From a virus (lineage: Duplodnaviria > Caudoviricetes), in the IMG/VR virus record IMGVR_UViG_3300031890_000041, positions 1 to 28,324 of that record: DNA of 28,324 nt; one strand, given 5' to 3'. This document shows positions 26,717-28,324 of this stretch, piece after piece (the stretch's first letter is position 1; the number at the start of each line of letters is the position of its first letter). Both the position numbers and the translations under genes were made by a program. The notes under the pieces are model-generated. The model was not told where the DNA came from and made no database searches. It saw only the letters and a program-made list of their open reading frames with translations.

Positions 26717-26961
26717 ACGAAGAGCCTCCAAGAAAAAAGGGATTTTGGGAAAGCCTTCCCAGTCAAGGCACTGTTGCGTCCATTATGGCAATTACTCTGG
26801 GTGCTGCTTTAATCATAATTGCCATCACTACTGGCGCGGCACTGCTTCAGCAGAAGCATGAGATTTCGGGCGTCATTTCAGACATGTTTACAACTGTGCT
26901 GGGAGCAATCGTCGGCGCGCTCTCGGTATATGTTGGGATTAAGAAAAACGGAGAAAAGTGA
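26713..26961 (+). CDS. Small two-TM membrane protein (holin-like topology)
   Basis: Start ATG 26713 by ATGA overlap. Two hydrophobic segments and a basic C-terminus (IKKNGEK). Confidence 0.7.
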   Translation: MNEEPPRKKGFWESLPSQGTVASIMAITLGAALIIIAITTGAALLQQKHEISGVISDMFTTVLGAIVGALSVYVGIKKNGEK

Positions 26962-28324
26962 GCAACGGAACCAGCCCTGGCATTCCGCAATACGGTCTTT
27001 CTTTAGTTCCGGACATCGATTTCGCGGTAAAAGATCCCGCCATGATCGAAGCGGAAGTGATTGCCGATTATCAGGCTGCGTTCCTCGCGCTGACCAATAT
27101 AGCGAAAACGCTCGCGCCTGCCGATCCCGTCCGGCTGCATCTGCTCGCGGTATGCGATTGGCTGTCGCAGCAGCGTGTCATCATAGATTTCACTGGCAAA
27201 ATGAACCTGCTCAAATACGCGCACGATTCGTATCTGGACAATCTGGCTGCGCTTTATGGTGATCGTGCTTTGCGTCTGGCAGCGGCTCCTGCGTCCTGCA
27301 CGCTGCAATTCACGCTGGTCGTGGCGCTGGCTTTTAACGCCACGATTCCTGCCGGAACGCAATGTTCGGCTGGGAATTTTGCGTTTCAAACCATCATTGA
27401 CTGTGTTATCCCCGCAGGACAACTAATCGGCACTGTCACGGGAACGGCTATTGTCCCAGGAACCGTTGGCAATGGGTATCTGCCTGGCCAGGTTAATTAT
27501 CTCATCAACTGGAATCAGTCGTGGGCCATGACAGTTCAAAATATCGATACGTCTGTGAATGGCGTAGATCTCGAACCGGATGAACAATACCGTTTCCGAA
27601 TCTGGCTCGCTATTGAAAGTTTTTCCACCTGCGGCCCGCACGATGCGTACGAGTTCTGGGCGCTCTCAGCCGATCCGTCAATCATTCAGGCGGTTGTTTA
27701 TTCAGCGCCAGAGGTCGCAGGTGAAGTCTGGATTTATCCGCTTTGCACCAATGGCACGCTGCCCACTCCGGACATTATCAACAAGGTTCTTGCCACGTGC
27801 AGCGCGGATACGCGCCGTCCGGTTACCGATTATGTCAGCGTATTCGCGCCAACCGTTGTGCCATACACGGTCAATCTGGATTACTGGATTCTGAGCACGA
27901 ATCAGGTGCTTCAGGCGACCATCGAAGCAAACGTGCAGCAGGCCGTTTTGAACTGGATCCAGTGGCAACGCAGTTACATCTCGCGCGACATCAACGGTGA
28001 CGAACTCATCAAGCTATGCTTGGAAGCTGGCGCGAAACGGATCGTGATCAATCAGCCAACGCCTAATTTTCAGCCAATGGATTACTATCAGCTGCCAGTG
28101 TGCGATCCTGCGACACCTTCAGACCAAAATTTCACAGACGGTGCGTCCACGATCAGTAGCCCGACTTACACCAGCAATACGGCGCATTTTGCGCCGGGCG
28201 GGGCAGGGCTCTCAATCACGGGCACGAACATCCCGACAGGCACCACTATTGCGGCTGTAGTTAACGCTTCGACGGTTACGCTATCACAAAATGCTACTGC
28301 CACCGGAACGGGTCTAGCGTTTAC
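26958..28324 (+). CDS. Baseplate J-like protein (3' truncated; absent from ORF track)
   Basis: GTG 26958 overlaps the previous stop. Reads ...TLAPADPVRL...NLLKYA..YLDNL...G.DLEPDEQYRFRI...ESFSTCGP.DAYEFWA...RPVTDYV. Open to the window end. Confidence 0.93.
   Translation, partial: MSNGTSPGIPQYGLSLVPDIDFAVKDPAMIEAEVIADYQAAFLALTNIAKTLAPADPVRLHLLAVCDWLSQQRVIIDFTGKMNLLKYAHDSYLDNLAALYGDRALRLAAAPASCTLQFTLVVALAFNATIPAGTQCSAGNFAFQTIIDCVIPAGQLIGTVTGTAIVPGTVGNGYLPGQVNYLINWNQSWAMTVQNIDTSVNGVDLEPDEQYRFRIWLAIESFSTCGPHDAYEFWALSADPSIIQAVVYSAPEVAGEVWIYPLCTNGTLPTPDIINKVLATCSADTRRPVTDYVSVFAPTVVPYTVNLDYWILSTNQVLQATIEANVQQAVLNWIQWQRSYISRDINGDELIKLCLEAGAKRIVINQPTPNFQPMDYYQLPVCDPATPSDQNFTDGASTISSPTYTSNTAHFAPGGAGLSITGTNIPTGTTIAAVVNASTVTLSQNATATGTGLAF

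Noticed and set aside
26819-28000. Several short ORFs listed near the window end
   Set aside because: All overlap the baseplate J frame, which is missing from the track only because it has no stop inside the window.
1-28324. Alternative genetic code, or a tailocin/eCIS interpretation
   Set aside because: Genes are full length in the standard code, and a complete head and packaging module is present, so this is a phage.

Overview
This window is the virion morphogenesis region of a contractile-tailed (myovirus-like) phage or prophage, almost all on the + strand. The head module is lambda-like: GpA-type terminase (C-terminal part), head-completion protein, portal, ClpP-type protease with a probable nested scaffold, decoration protein and gpE-type major capsid. 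The tail module is P2/Mu-like: sheath, tube, chaperone with a probable -1 frameshift extension, tape measure with a muramidase-like domain, then X, D, V, U, W and J-like genes, with J cut by the window end. Four things depart from this backbone. (1) A 118-nt non-canonical tRNA-like cloverleaf ending in CCA, plus a small RHH-like gene, lies antisense between terminase and head genes. (2) Four fibre- or adhesin-like genes begin with Sec-type signal peptides: one sits inside an apparently split tail-completion gene, and three lie in a ~7.7 kb block between W and J. (3) One ~70-aa beta-rich module is grafted into both the decoration protein and baseplate J. (4) A free-standing HNH-type gene precedes the sheath. 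All assignments come from motif recognition and gene order by eye; no searches were run.
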